Notes: generated from the sequence alone by a model not told the origin. A DNA stretch of 64,000 nt from Staphylococcus sp. CAG:324 (GCA_000433035.1 FR890815.1:85800-149799); one strand, 5' to 3'; shown: positions 1-9,908, numbered from the stretch's first letter. Numbers and translations: made by a program.

Positions 1-522
1 GATGGTAGGGGGATTAAAGATATTGTATCAATACCTAATGGGGATAGATATGTTATGATTATTACATATACTGATGATACAACAAAGGAATTAGAATTCG
101 CAAGACCTAATAAATGGTTTTCAGAAATGAGTAAGCCACTAGATACAGATGGTATCAATGGTGATCTATGGTATGATTTAAGCCACAATGTGATATATGT
201 CAAACAAAATAATAAGTGGACACAAGTGATAAGTCTTTATGATATCACAAATCAAACGTATACTGTGAAATTTGACTTAAATGATTCAGCAGATGCACCT
301 GCAAGTATGCCACTTGGTACGCTTTTCACTTATGAAATTGTCGGTGGGAATTATTTTAAGGCATCAGGATATGAAATACCAGTTCCTACAAGAGAGGGAT
401 ATGTATTTGCTGGATGGTATACGGTAAAAATTCCAACGGTTGTGAATGGAGCATTTACTGATTTAACAGCAGTGTTCTCTGATTTGACATTATATGCAAA
501 ATGGGAGTTAGCGAATGCATAA
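1..522 (+). CDS. 3' end of a surface protein gene (start lies upstream of window); C-terminal Listeria-Bacteroides (Flg_new) type repeat
   Basis: Reading frame open from nt 1 through stop at 522. C-terminal GYVFAGWYT...TLYAKWE matches the Flg_new repeat signature. ATG at 55 is internal. Confidence 0.5.
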   Translation, partial: DGRGIKDIVSIPNGDRYVMIITYTDDTTKELEFARPNKWFSEMSKPLDTDGINGDLWYDLSHNVIYVKQNNKWTQVISLYDITNQTYTVKFDLNDSADAPASMPLGTLFTYEIVGGNYFKASGYEIPVPTREGYVFAGWYTVKIPTVVNGAFTDLTAVFSDLTLYAKWELANA

Positions 523-551
523 AATATAAATAAAAAGGAGGAAAACTTAAT

Positions 552-1247
552 ATGTTGAAAAAAATTAAGATGAGTATAATAATTATATTATGTATTCCAT
601 CAATTATTGGCATAGGTTTTTCTTCGTGGATTATAGGTACATTAGATAATATTTTAGTGAATGGACAAATTGATGTTGATACCGTTATTGAAAGCGATGA
701 TTATATATTATTAACAAAAGAGCCTTTAGGATTTGAATATGGTGAAAGAGGTTTCATTGATTCTAATGGCAATTATGTCAAAAAAGCAAGTTTTATTGTA
801 TCATTTGAAATAAACATTGATAATTGTAAAAAATTATTTGAAGATATTAGTTTAGCTTATATTAATATTATATTAACACATTCAGATAATTGTGTATTTA
901 ATGATAATCAAGGATTATTTGATAGTTATGTAATAGATAATGGAGATCCTAGTTTAGAAGTAAATTATGTTTTTCAATCTTCAGTAAAGTTAAATAATAC
1001 AAATATTTTTTTAGATTCTAGTGAATTAAAAATTAATGATAATGAATATAGTCTAAATTTTGAAATTGGTAAATATTTTAATATTGATGATAATATATCA
1101 ATACTTAATTTAGATATTTCTTATGAATGGTTTATTGATGATGCTTCAAATTATTTTAAAAATAACATTTATCCTATTATTTATGATGAAAGTAATCATG
1201 TCAATAAACTTACTCTTTCAGTAAGTGCATTTGTAACAGGTAATTAG
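552..1247 (+). CDS. hypothetical membrane-anchored/secreted protein
   Basis: 231-aa ORF with N-terminal hydrophobic segment. GGAGG RBS 8 nt upstream. Tightly packed between two surface protein genes. Confidence 0.5.
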   Translation: MLKKIKMSIIIILCIPSIIGIGFSSWIIGTLDNILVNGQIDVDTVIESDDYILLTKEPLGFEYGERGFIDSNGNYVKKASFIVSFEINIDNCKKLFEDISLAYINIILTHSDNCVFNDNQGLFDSYVIDNGDPSLEVNYVFQSSVKLNNTNIFLDSSELKINDNEYSLNFEIGKYFNIDDNISILNLDISYEWFIDDASNYFKNNIYPIIYDESNHVNKLTLSVSAFVTGN

Positions 1248-1259
1248 GAGGAATAACTA

Positions 1260-4200
1260 ATGAATAGAAAAAAAATATTAGTATTATTTTTGATGTTATT
1301 TCCATTATTAATAATAAGTTTATCTGCTACGTGGATAATATTAAGTAGAACTATTTTTGCTCCATCATATAATCCAAGTAGTGATAGTATTTTATTTAAT
1401 GCTTATGATAATCAAGAGTCCGTTATTTATAATGGATTAGAACAAGGTCCTACTAGTAAAAATTCAGATATTTTAGATAGTAATATGGATTTTAAATATA
1501 GATTAGCAAATACTAAGAATTTTTATAAAGATGGATTTCCTATAGATGCTGGTACATACGATATATTAATTAAAGATAAAAGTAATACATATCTTGATGA
1601 AGTTGTACAATTTACTATAAACAAAGCGACTCCAAAATTAAATGGATCATTAAATTTATCAAGTATTTATCAAGGTGAAACGCCATTAATAACAAATGAA
1701 GATGAATTATTTGTTTTAGGAGTACAAAATGAAATTTTGTATGGAAATTTTGTTATTGATGTCTCTTCAATTGAGTTTGGGGAATCAACCGAAAGTATAA
1801 AAAGTGTAGATGTTATTGTGAAATATACTCTTACACAAAACAATCAAAAAATCAATTACTATGATGGTTCTTACTCTACTTCTGTAGATGTTAAAGCAGT
1901 ATCTTACATAATAGGTAGTCAAAATAAATATTATGGTACAGTTGAAAGTGCTTTAGATGCTTCAAATAGTGGTGATATTGTAACTGTTATCCCACCAACT
2001 AAAAGTAATTATCATGATACTAATAATTCAATAGTTCCAGATAATATCTCTTATACAATTTATAATAATTGTGAAATAAAAAGTGGTGTAAGTTTAATAA
2101 TTCCTACTGATCAAGATTCTCTAAATAGTGTTACAGACTCTGCCACTTTAAAAACTTTTATTAATAGTATGCAAGTAGATGATAGGTCAAGAGGAAGTAA
2201 TAGTTCTTATAATTTATTTGCTACACAAAATGAAAGTAAATATTTAAGAGTAACAGTAAAAATTGCTGATAATGTAATTTTAAAAAATAATGGAGATTTA
2301 ATAGTTAGTGGATATTTAAGTGGTGGTACAAGTGGTGCATGTACACTTGGTCAAACCTCACATAGTTATTCTAGAATATTACTTGGGAATAATTCTCAAA
2401 TAAGTCAAGAAAATGATAGTGCTAATATATATTGTTATGGTTATATATCTGAACAATCTATAAATAATTCTAGTAAAGTTAATATTGTTAGTGGAAATTT
2501 ATATATTCCTTTTATTGTTGATGATTATAAAGGATTTAGTTTTTCATGGGCAATGACAGATGGAGCAATAAGTGAGGAAAGATGTTCCCCCTTTAATCAA
2601 TTTGAAATGAGAAATATAGATTCACAAGTAAAGATAGGATATAATGCAAAGGTTTATGGGATAACTAATGTTTATGTTACATATTCAACTATGGGTGTTG
2701 ATAAAGTCTTTACACAACAACTTAATATATTGGGAAATGATGAAAGTTTCTTTTTTCAATTAACTGATTCAATTTATTCATCGGTTAATTATAAATTTGA
2801 TAAAAATACATTAGTTGCCAATGCAAAAATTTATGGTGGAATGATTTTAAATAATTTTCAGTTAAAACTTCAAGAATCTATAATAACAGTTGATTTAAGT
2901 ACCACAGAGGCATATTTTCCTCTATCATATAGAATAAATATTGAATTATTTGCTTGCGAAGATCAAACAATTGCCAATTTTGATATTACTAATCAAAGAG
3001 TCAAATTATTGCCTGGTAGTAGTTTAACAATAGGTGATAAATGTTTATTAAAATCTAATGAGTTAATAGTCTATAGTGCTTTTTATGATGGTTCAATTGG
3101 AAATGGTGAAAATAGTGCAATTGGAAGTAGTAAACCATATCCTCTTAAAGAAGGAGCCATATTAAAAGTTTTAAGTGGTGGTAGAATTGAATCTAATTAT
3201 TTAGCTGGAACAGTTTATGGGGATGCTAATGATATTTCATATACAAATGGAAAAATAGTGTCTAAAGAAGCTTGGGTTATGGGTAGTTCAGGTTCAATAA
3301 ATCCTGCTTGGAATATAAAAGATTATCTTGAAATAAAAGAAAAAATAAATATTTATCCATTGGAATACTTAGATACTAAAATAAAACTATATGTTGGAAT
3401 AAATACTTTTACAAATTATAATTCATATTTACCATCTTTTAATATTTTAATAAATGGTGCAAGTGAATCATTTAATATAAGTGAATATCAACAAGTTTTG
3501 GTTTTTGATTCTTTAAATGATTATCAATTTGAGTTTGTTAATAATATTTATAAAGCACACTATGCTTCAAGTTATTATAAAAAGGGACAAATAATTTCTT
3601 ATAATGAAAATAATGCAATTATTGGTGTTATTAATAGCACATTATCTATTTCTAATAATAATAATGGTATCAATGAGTTTGATGTGCAAGAGGTTAATGT
3701 TACTTGTTCTACCCCAACAATAAATGGAAAAATTCCTTTATATATAGGTAAATCAATATTATTAAATGCAGAGGTTATTGATATAAATAAATCATATAAT
3801 AAAACAATTAGTTGGCAAAGTTTAGATACAAGTATTGCAACTGTTGATAATAGTGGCAATGTTACTGGTGTTTCGTTAGGAAAAGTAATCATTCAAGCTA
3901 TTTGTGATGAAGTTATTGGCTCTTTTGAAGTTGAAGTTATAGAAGAAGTAGATGTTGATAATATTGAATCAGTATATATTACAGATGCTAGTGGCAATTC
4001 TTCAGAAAAAGTTCTTGGTCAAAGTACGTTTGGCGGTAGTAATAATGTTGATTATAATGGTAAATATGGAAATAACAAACAAATTGTATTTAGCATAAAT
4101 ATAAATCCAACAACTGCACCATATAGTTCAATAGAGTGGACCTTAAATGCATCAGCTACAGGAAGACAATGGATTAACGATAATACTCAAGCAGTAAATA

Positions 4201-5033
4201 TAGAAAAGAATGTTACATCTATAACTGTTAATACAGGTAGTGGAACTGGAACTAGTGATGATAAGGCAACTTTAAAATGTGTTGTTGTAGGCTTAGATGG
4301 TACTATCTATACTGCTATATTTATTATAAATCACGAAAAAGATACCACTTGTCTTGTTGAAGGAACATTAATTACAATGGCAGATGGTACTCAAAAAAAA
4401 GTTGAAAATTTAGAAATAGGTGATTTACTATTGATTTATAATCATGAAACTGGTGATTGGGATTATGCTCCATTATTAGTAAATGTTCATAATAGTGAAG
4501 AAGAAATTTTAACTAATATAATTAATCTTTATTTTGATGATAATAGTAGTTTACGAATTGTAGGTGAACATGCACTATTTGATATGAATTTAAATAAATA
4601 TGTATATATTAATGAGAGTAATATAATGGAATATATAGGTCATAAATTTGTTGCAACTGAATGCATAAATGGCACAATTGATACAAAAATTATAACATTA
4701 AATAGAGTAGACATAACGAAAGAATTAGTAAGAGTTTATAATCCTGCATCGGTTTGGCATTTAAATTTAGTGGCAAATAATATTTTAACATTATCTGCTG
4801 GTATGGTTAATTTCTTTGATTATGGTGAGAATTTAAAATATGATGAAGAGCTTATGATCAAAGACATACAAAAATATGGACTATATACATATGATGATTT
4901 TAAAGATTATGTATCATTAGAAGTATTTTATGCTTTTCCATTTAAATATTTTAAAGTTGCAGTAGGCAAAGGATTAATTACTTTTGAAGATATATTAATG
5001 TTAATTAATTATTATAATGATTCTATAAATTAA
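1260..5033 (+). CDS. large secreted/surface protein with Big_2-like Ig domain and C-terminal Hint (intein-like) domain
   Basis: 1257 aa. N-terminal signal-anchor. RBS AGGAGG. Big_2-like segment (ISWQSLDTSIATVDNSGNVTGVSLGKVIIQAI). From nt 4350: C-L-V-E-G-T-L-I-T-M-A-D-G (intein block A-like, Cys first). Then GEHALFD (block B-like) and VWHLNLVANNIL (block F/G-like). Confidence 0.7.
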   Translation: MNRKKILVLFLMLFPLLIISLSATWIILSRTIFAPSYNPSSDSILFNAYDNQESVIYNGLEQGPTSKNSDILDSNMDFKYRLANTKNFYKDGFPIDAGTYDILIKDKSNTYLDEVVQFTINKATPKLNGSLNLSSIYQGETPLITNEDELFVLGVQNEILYGNFVIDVSSIEFGESTESIKSVDVIVKYTLTQNNQKINYYDGSYSTSVDVKAVSYIIGSQNKYYGTVESALDASNSGDIVTVIPPTKSNYHDTNNSIVPDNISYTIYNNCEIKSGVSLIIPTDQDSLNSVTDSATLKTFINSMQVDDRSRGSNSSYNLFATQNESKYLRVTVKIADNVILKNNGDLIVSGYLSGGTSGACTLGQTSHSYSRILLGNNSQISQENDSANIYCYGYISEQSINNSSKVNIVSGNLYIPFIVDDYKGFSFSWAMTDGAISEERCSPFNQFEMRNIDSQVKIGYNAKVYGITNVYVTYSTMGVDKVFTQQLNILGNDESFFFQLTDSIYSSVNYKFDKNTLVANAKIYGGMILNNFQLKLQESIITVDLSTTEAYFPLSYRINIELFACEDQTIANFDITNQRVKLLPGSSLTIGDKCLLKSNELIVYSAFYDGSIGNGENSAIGSSKPYPLKEGAILKVLSGGRIESNYLAGTVYGDANDISYTNGKIVSKEAWVMGSSGSINPAWNIKDYLEIKEKINIYPLEYLDTKIKLYVGINTFTNYNSYLPSFNILINGASESFNISEYQQVLVFDSLNDYQFEFVNNIYKAHYASSYYKKGQIISYNENNAIIGVINSTLSISNNNNGINEFDVQEVNVTCSTPTINGKIPLYIGKSILLNAEVIDINKSYNKTISWQSLDTSIATVDNSGNVTGVSLGKVIIQAICDEVIGSFEVEVIEEVDVDNIESVYITDASGNSSEKVLGQSTFGGSNNVDYNGKYGNNKQIVFSININPTTAPYSSIEWTLNASATGRQWINDNTQAVNIEKNVTSITVNTGSGTGTSDDKATLKCVVVGLDGTIYTAIFIINHEKDTTCLVEGTLITMADGTQKKVENLEIGDLLLIYNHETGDWDYAPLLVNVHNSEEEILTNIINLYFDDNSSLRIVGEHALFDMNLNKYVYINESNIMEYIGHKFVATECINGTIDTKIITLNRVDITKELVRVYNPASVWHLNLVANNILTLSAGMVNFFDYGENLKYDEELMIKDIQKYGLYTYDDFKDYVSLEVFYAFPFKYFKVAVGKGLITFEDILMLINYYNDSIN

Positions 5034-5042
5034 TTATTTTTT

Positions 5043-5082
5043 AAAAACTTGATTTCAATTTAATTTTGAAATCAAGTTTTTA
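5043..5082 (+). terminator. rho-independent terminator after the 1257-aa gene
   Basis: Perfect inverted repeat aaaacttgatttcaa / ttgaaatcaagtttt followed by T-run. Confidence 0.7.
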
Positions 5083-5170
5083 TATATAAATAATTTGTTA
5101 TTTTTTACAAAAATACTGAATAAGAATTGATAGTAATCATATAATATGATTCAATAAAGATATTGAAAGG

Positions 5171-6420
5171 ATGATTGAAATGTTAGTTAATTTTAAATTT
5201 AAATCTTTTAAAAAAGAAACTATATTTTCAATGGAAGTTACTACTGACAATAGTTATAAAGACTTAAATACCTTTAGTATTAATAAAAATTTACTTTTAG
5301 GAGATTAGTCCTTAATAAAAAGTGCAATTATTTATGGACCAAATGCTTCTAGTAAATCAAATATTTTAAAAGTCTTAAGGTATATGCAATTTGTTGTTCT
5401 TTATTCTAATTCACCTACTTTTGGCATTATTTAAAATAATGAATATTATACTTTTGATAACGATTCATAGTTTAATGATAGTTTGTATGAAGTTGAATTT
5501 ATAGAAAACAATATCTTTTATAGATATGGATTTATTATTAATAATAGGATAATTATAATAAAAGGTATGAGCGTTTAGTCTGTATATTTAATGGGGATAA
5601 AAATAAAATTAACTTCTATGTCTAAAGATATATCTAATTTAATAGTTCTTCAAAAAAATTTATTATTTATACCAAATTCTATGAGATATAATCTACTAGA
5701 AATTGTTACTAAATCTATTTTAGATAGTATTGCATGGTTTACTAAAGCATTAATTATATTTGAAAATAATATTAGTATGTTTAATATATATGATGAAAAA
5801 AATATAAATATTTAGAAAAGACTTTGGAAATATTAAAAATTGCAGATATAGGAATACAAGATGTTTGTTTACACAAAGAATATTTAGCATCTAATGATGA
5901 TATTAAAAATCGTAAAACTATAAATTTACCATTAGAGCTAAATTTGAAAATTGAAGTAGATAAATTAGAAATTGGTAAGATTGACATAAAAACAGATTTT
6001 AACGTTTATAACAAAGAAAAAGAAGTTATAGAAAAAAGGAAGTATATTTATTAAGAAATTCAAATTTTTATTCAGAAGAAACTAAAAAATTATTTTTATA
6101 TTTGGGATGGATTATAGCAGCTTTAGATCAAAAAAGAGTAATTTTATTGATGAATTTAATACTAAATTTCATTTATTAATTGCTGATACTATTATTAAAA
6201 ACCCTAATAACACTCGATTAGTGACAACTGCCCATAATTTAATGTTATAAATGGCGAGATTAGAAGAAATCAAATATATTTTGCAAGCAAAAATGAATTT
6301 GGTGAAAGTAGTCTTGTATTTTTATCTGATTTTAAAAGTGTTAGAAAAAATGATTTATTTAGTAAAAAGTATCTGTTAGGATTTTATTCTAAACTTCCAA
6401 ATATGAAGGATGATTTTTAA
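5171..6420 (+). pseudogene. degraded AAA-family ATPase gene (AAA_21/AAA_15, Abi/OLD-like); in-frame stop plus frameshifts
   Basis: RBS GAAAGG then M-I-E-M-L-V-N-F-K-F-K-S-F-K. In-frame TAG at 5306, followed in the same frame by Walker A IIYGPNASSKSNILKVL. Later fragments (LVTTAHNLML etc.) lie in other frames. Track ORFs 5591/5781/5824 are pieces of this. Confidence 0.5.
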
Positions 6421-6440
6421 ATAAAAAAGGGAGGGATTTG

Positions 6441-6599
6441 ATGAGAAAAAGTGAAACTTTAAAAGCATTTAATAAGGTATTGATTCTTACTAATGATGAA
6501 GAACAAAAAAAAGTATTTCGCAAGTTTAAAAAAAGACGTCTAATCACCTTACAAAATAAATATATTATGTTTGAAAAAAGTCATCATTTTTCTCCTTAA
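6441..6599 (+). CDS. small basic hypothetical protein (52 aa)
   Basis: ATG preceded by AAAGGGAGGG RBS at 7-nt spacing. Encodes MRKSETLKAFNKVLILTNDEEQKKVFRKFKKRRLITLQNKYIMFEKSHHFSP. No homology recognised. Confidence 0.25.
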   Translation: MRKSETLKAFNKVLILTNDEEQKKVFRKFKKRRLITLQNKYIMFEKSHHFSP

Positions 6600-6670
6600 A
6601 TATGGAATTTGTATCATATAGCTACAATTTATAAATGGATAGAATATTTGAAACTCAATTAAATTAAGAT

Positions 6671-6692
6671 GAGGCCTTATATGGCCTTTTCT
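6671..6692 (+). terminator. short GC hairpin + T-run
   Basis: gaggccttatatggcctttt : aggcc/ggcct stem, then TTTT. Confidence 0.4.
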
Positions 6693-6702
6693 ATAAAAAA
6701 CA

Positions 6703-6736
6703 TTGTCAACTATTAAAATAATAAATAAGTTGACAA
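6703..6736. promoter_or_regulatory. candidate BirA operator (bioO-like palindrome) overlapping birA promoter
   Basis: TTGTCAACT-N16-AGTTGACAA, a perfect 9-bp inverted repeat. The right half contains the TTGACA -35. It sits immediately upstream of birA-bioY. Confidence 0.45.
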
Positions 6737-6759
6737 TAATAGAAAAAAATGATATACTT
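6730..6759 (+). promoter_or_regulatory. sigma-A type promoter of birA-bioY
   Basis: TTGACA (6730-6735), 17-nt spacer, TATACT (6754-6759). Confidence 0.45.
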
Positions 6760-6778
6760 TATATCAGTGAGGCCTAAG

Positions 6779-7780
6779 ATGAAAAAAACAAATGAAATGA
6801 TATACAATAATATTTTACAAAAACTAAAAGCATCAAAAAAACCAAATGAATTAGAAGGCAAAATGATTAGTGGCGAAGAAATTGCAAAAGAAGAGAAAAT
6901 TACAAGAAGTTATGTCAGTAAAGTCATTGCTAAATTAATTGAAAAAGGCTATGATATTAAAAGAGTGAATCGTATGGGATATATATATCAAAACGATATG
7001 AAAGTATTAGATGAAGAATATATTAAAAGCCATTTAACAAACCAAAGAAATGTACAAGTATTAGATAGTGTAGATTCTACGAATAATTATCTAAAGAAAA
7101 TGAAAAAAAATGAAAAAATGGAAGAAATGGTTGTCATTGCTGATGCCCAAACAGCAGGAAGAGGTAGACTTGGTAGAAGTTTTATGTCTAATCAGGCTAG
7201 TGGTATATATATGAGTATTTTACTGAAACCTACTTTTTCTTTAGAGTATGCTAAAAAATTAACGTGTCTTGCGGCCGCCGCAACCTCTTTAGCAATTGAT
7301 CAAATGGCAGGTACAAAAACAACAATCAAATGGGTCAATGATATATATCTTAATTCTAAAAAAATATGTGGTATTTTAACTGAAGGTTCTACTTCTATTG
7401 AACAAGGAAGTTTAGAATATGTAATTATTGGGATTGGTATTAATATGTATCATCAAGAATTTAGTGAGGATATTCGTAGGATAGCCACCACTATTGAAGA
7501 TGAGACAAATCAAATTATTTCACGCAATGAATTAATAATAGCAATCATTAATCAAATTGATGCATATTTAAAAAATATTGATGATCATACCTATATGCAT
7601 GAATATATCAAAAAATCTTTTGTAATTGGTAAAAAAGTTGAATTATATCAAAATAATCAAGTGTATGTAGCAAAAGTCTTGAATATTACTGAAGAGGGTG
7701 AATTACAAGTTTTAATAAACAATGATGTAAAAACGATATCTTCAGGAGAAATTACTAGGATGGTGGTAACAAATGAATAA
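6779..7780 (+). CDS. birA: bifunctional biotin--[acetyl-CoA-carboxylase] ligase / biotin operon repressor (class II BirA)
   Basis: N-terminal HTH (ITRSYVSKVIAKLIEKGYDIKRV). GRGRLGRSF biotin-ligase motif. RBS GAGG 6 nt before ATG 6779. The track start 6749 lies inside the promoter. Confidence 0.85.
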   Translation: MKKTNEMIYNNILQKLKASKKPNELEGKMISGEEIAKEEKITRSYVSKVIAKLIEKGYDIKRVNRMGYIYQNDMKVLDEEYIKSHLTNQRNVQVLDSVDSTNNYLKKMKKNEKMEEMVVIADAQTAGRGRLGRSFMSNQASGIYMSILLKPTFSLEYAKKLTCLAAAATSLAIDQMAGTKTTIKWVNDIYLNSKKICGILTEGSTSIEQGSLEYVIIGIGINMYHQEFSEDIRRIATTIEDETNQIISRNELIIAIINQIDAYLKNIDDHTYMHEYIKKSFVIGKKVELYQNNQVYVAKVLNITEEGELQVLINNDVKTISSGEITRMVVTNE

Positions 7781-8333
7781 AACAATTCAAAAAATTTCTT
7801 TTATTGCAATTTTAGCTGCATTTTTATGTGTACTTTCACCATGGTCAATTCCAATTGGTGATATTCCAGTCACTTTGGCTACTTTTGCATTGTACTTAAT
7901 TGGTGGCTTAACTAAAAAGTTTGATGGACTATTGGTCGTTTTAGTTTATATATTTATTGGTATTATTGGAATTCCCGTTTTTTCCTCGTTTAGAGGCGGA
8001 ATTGGTGTTGTATTAGGTGCTACTGGTGGCTATATTATTGGTTATCTTCCAGCAGTTATTATAATTAGTTTTTTAACTTGCATAAATAAGAAACAATTTT
8101 TTTGGTATCCTTTATCCATGGTTTTAGGAACAATTATTTGTTACTTTGTCGGAACAATTTGGTATATGTTTCAAACCGAAAATTCACTTGCCTATGCTCT
8201 TACCGTATGCGTTGTACCATTTATAATCTTTGATATTATCAAAATTATTGTTGCTAGTATCGTAGCATATATCATTAATGTTAAAACAACATTATTTAGT
8301 AGCATATATTCTGGCATAAATAAAAATATGTGA
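7773..8333 (+). CDS. bioY: biotin transporter BioY (ECF S-component)
   Basis: 186-aa polytopic membrane protein overlapping the birA stop. BioY-like glycine-rich helices. Conserved birA-bioY context. Confidence 0.8.
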   Translation: MNKTIQKISFIAILAAFLCVLSPWSIPIGDIPVTLATFALYLIGGLTKKFDGLLVVLVYIFIGIIGIPVFSSFRGGIGVVLGATGGYIIGYLPAVIIISFLTCINKKQFFWYPLSMVLGTIICYFVGTIWYMFQTENSLAYALTVCVVPFIIFDIIKIIVASIVAYIINVKTTLFSSIYSGINKNM

Positions 8334-8347
8334 TATAATAAAAGTGT

Positions 8348-8436
8348 GGAAAATTACTCAAGTGGTTGAAGAGGATGGTTTCGAAAACCATTAGGGTGTA
8401 AAAGCTACGGGGGTTCGAATCCCCCATTTTCCGCCA
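8348..8436 (+). tRNA. tRNA-Ser (anticodon CGA)
   Basis: Cloverleaf folded by hand. Acceptor GGAAAAT/ATTTTCC, D-stem CTC/GAG, anticodon stem ATGGT/ACCAT with loop TTCGAAA (CGA). Long variable arm. T-arm GGGGG-TTCGAAT-CCCCC. 3' CCA encoded. Confidence 0.85.
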
Positions 8437-8455
8437 GACTTAGTTTTATGAAAGA

Positions 8456-8508
8456 AAAAGGTCTTAAAAAAATCTGAAATCAAGCATTTTAGAGTTTTTT
8501 AAGACTTT
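8456..8508 (+). terminator. long hairpin terminator after tRNA-Ser
   Basis: aaaaaggtcttaaaaaaa ... ttttttaagacttt, an inverted repeat with an inner hairpin tctgaaat/attttaga. Confidence 0.55.
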
Positions 8509-9067
8509 AAAAATTCATACTATTTTTTTATATATCATCTTCTTAATAAAATAGAGTAGGCCAAACTTTACAAAGATAAAGCCTTTTCTCATACTAAAGA
8601 TATGTCAAAATGCATAGGTTGAATGATAACGCATTATTCATAAAAAATCTATCCCAAAAAGAAGGGGAAATGAGTTGAAACAAAGAAACGAATAGATTAA
8701 AGAAAAGATTTAATAACAATGAGTAAGTAATGAAATAAGGGATAATACATTTATAATTAAAAATTATAAATATGAGGATAAGAAGTGATGAATACTTAAG
8801 TATAATAGTATGCATTTTATATCAAAATAATGAAGGGAAGATAGCATTTGTTTGTTTATTCTTTATGTAATGTTTTTTATTTATCAATGAAGATTTTATT
8901 TTTAGTGGTTAAAATAGGATGAGCTAGACAAAATAAAAAATATTTGATATAATATAGTAAGTAATTTTTTCATAAAGGATAGTTGCATAATACAAAAGAG
9001 GATAGATACAAGAATATAAATATATATGAATTTAATATAGAAAGAAAAAATCAATTGAGGTGAGAAA

Positions 9068-9592
9068 GTGGAAATTCAAATAAAATTAAATACAAGTATA
9101 TTAAGTCAAGCACTGAAAGTCTTTCATAAAAAGACAAAAATTTTTGCTATCTGTATGTCAATTTTTTTAATTGTTATAGGTGTTTTAGAAGCCTTTACTC
9201 TTATCAATCATTTTGATAGTTTTAGTTTGTTTTTAGCTCTTTTTTGTTTTCTTTTTGGTATTTTTTATATCGTTTATTTTATGTTGATTATCAATAGAAA
9301 TATGAAATTAAATATTAAGCAATTTGAACAAACCAATAATGGTACTGAAAGCGAAGTAGTATTTAAATTTACTGATAATGGAATTGAAAATAAAAGTCTA
9401 AATACAAATAATGTCGCATCCTTTCATTATTCAATGATTAGTAAATGTATGGATAGTCACGATTTTGTTTTTTTGATTACATCACTTAAACAATTTTTAT
9501 ATATACCAAAGAATCAATTGACTCTAGATGAATACAATGGACTGATTGAAATTGTTCAAAATTATGGCATAAAATATAAAAAAATAAAATAA
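9068..9592 (+). CDS. YcxB-like small membrane protein (GTG start)
   Basis: 174 aa. GAGGTGA RBS. Two N-terminal TM helices then a soluble domain, resembling the YcxB family. Confidence 0.5.
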   Translation: MEIQIKLNTSILSQALKVFHKKTKIFAICMSIFLIVIGVLEAFTLINHFDSFSLFLALFCFLFGIFYIVYFMLIINRNMKLNIKQFEQTNNGTESEVVFKFTDNGIENKSLNTNNVASFHYSMISKCMDSHDFVFLITSLKQFLYIPKNQLTLDEYNGLIEIVQNYGIKYKKIK

Positions 9593-9676
9593 ATTAGTAT
9601 TTATTTTATGTTTATTAAAATAATGTGTTATAATAGAAGTGCTATATTTTTATAGTAGAAGGAGGTACCTCAAAGT

Positions 9677-9874
9677 ATGGAAGGTACAGTTAAATTTTTC
9701 AACACTAGTAAAGGGTATGGTTTCATAAGTGAAACAACAACAAAAACGGATTATTTTGTTCACTTTACTGGTATTTCAGGTAATAATAAAACATTAACTG
9801 AAGGACAAAAGGTTACATTTGATGTTATGGAAGATTCAAGAACTGGTAAAACTAGAGCTTGTAATGTTAAATAA
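9677..9874 (+). CDS. csp: cold-shock protein (CspA family)
   Basis: MEGTVKFFNTSKGYGFI...YFVHF...GQKVTFDV. RNP-1/RNP-2 motifs. GGAGG RBS. Confidence 0.9.
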   Translation: MEGTVKFFNTSKGYGFISETTTKTDYFVHFTGISGNNKTLTEGQKVTFDVMEDSRTGKTRACNVK

Positions 9875-9908
9875 ATATTAAGTTGAACTGAAAAAACGAT
9901 CATTGATT

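Noticed and set aside
3599-3892. 97-aa minus-strand ORF inside the 1257-aa gene
   Set aside because: Antisense shadow ORF within a clearly coding region. No RBS. Hydrophobic low-complexity translation typical of AT-rich antisense frames.
5591-6054. Three overlapping small ORFs (5591-5815 +, 5781-5987 -, 5824-6054 +)
   Set aside because: They are out-of-frame fragments of the decayed AAA-ATPase gene, not independent genes.
7268-7283. GCGGCCGCCGC (NotI site) GC-rich island inside birA
   Set aside because: Simply encodes an Ala-Ala-Ala-Ala stretch of BirA. No evidence of foreign origin.
8594-8815. 73-aa minus-strand ORF in the gene-free stretch after tRNA-Ser
   Set aside because: Low-complexity Ile/Leu/Phe-rich translation of AT-rich DNA. 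No RBS or promoter context.
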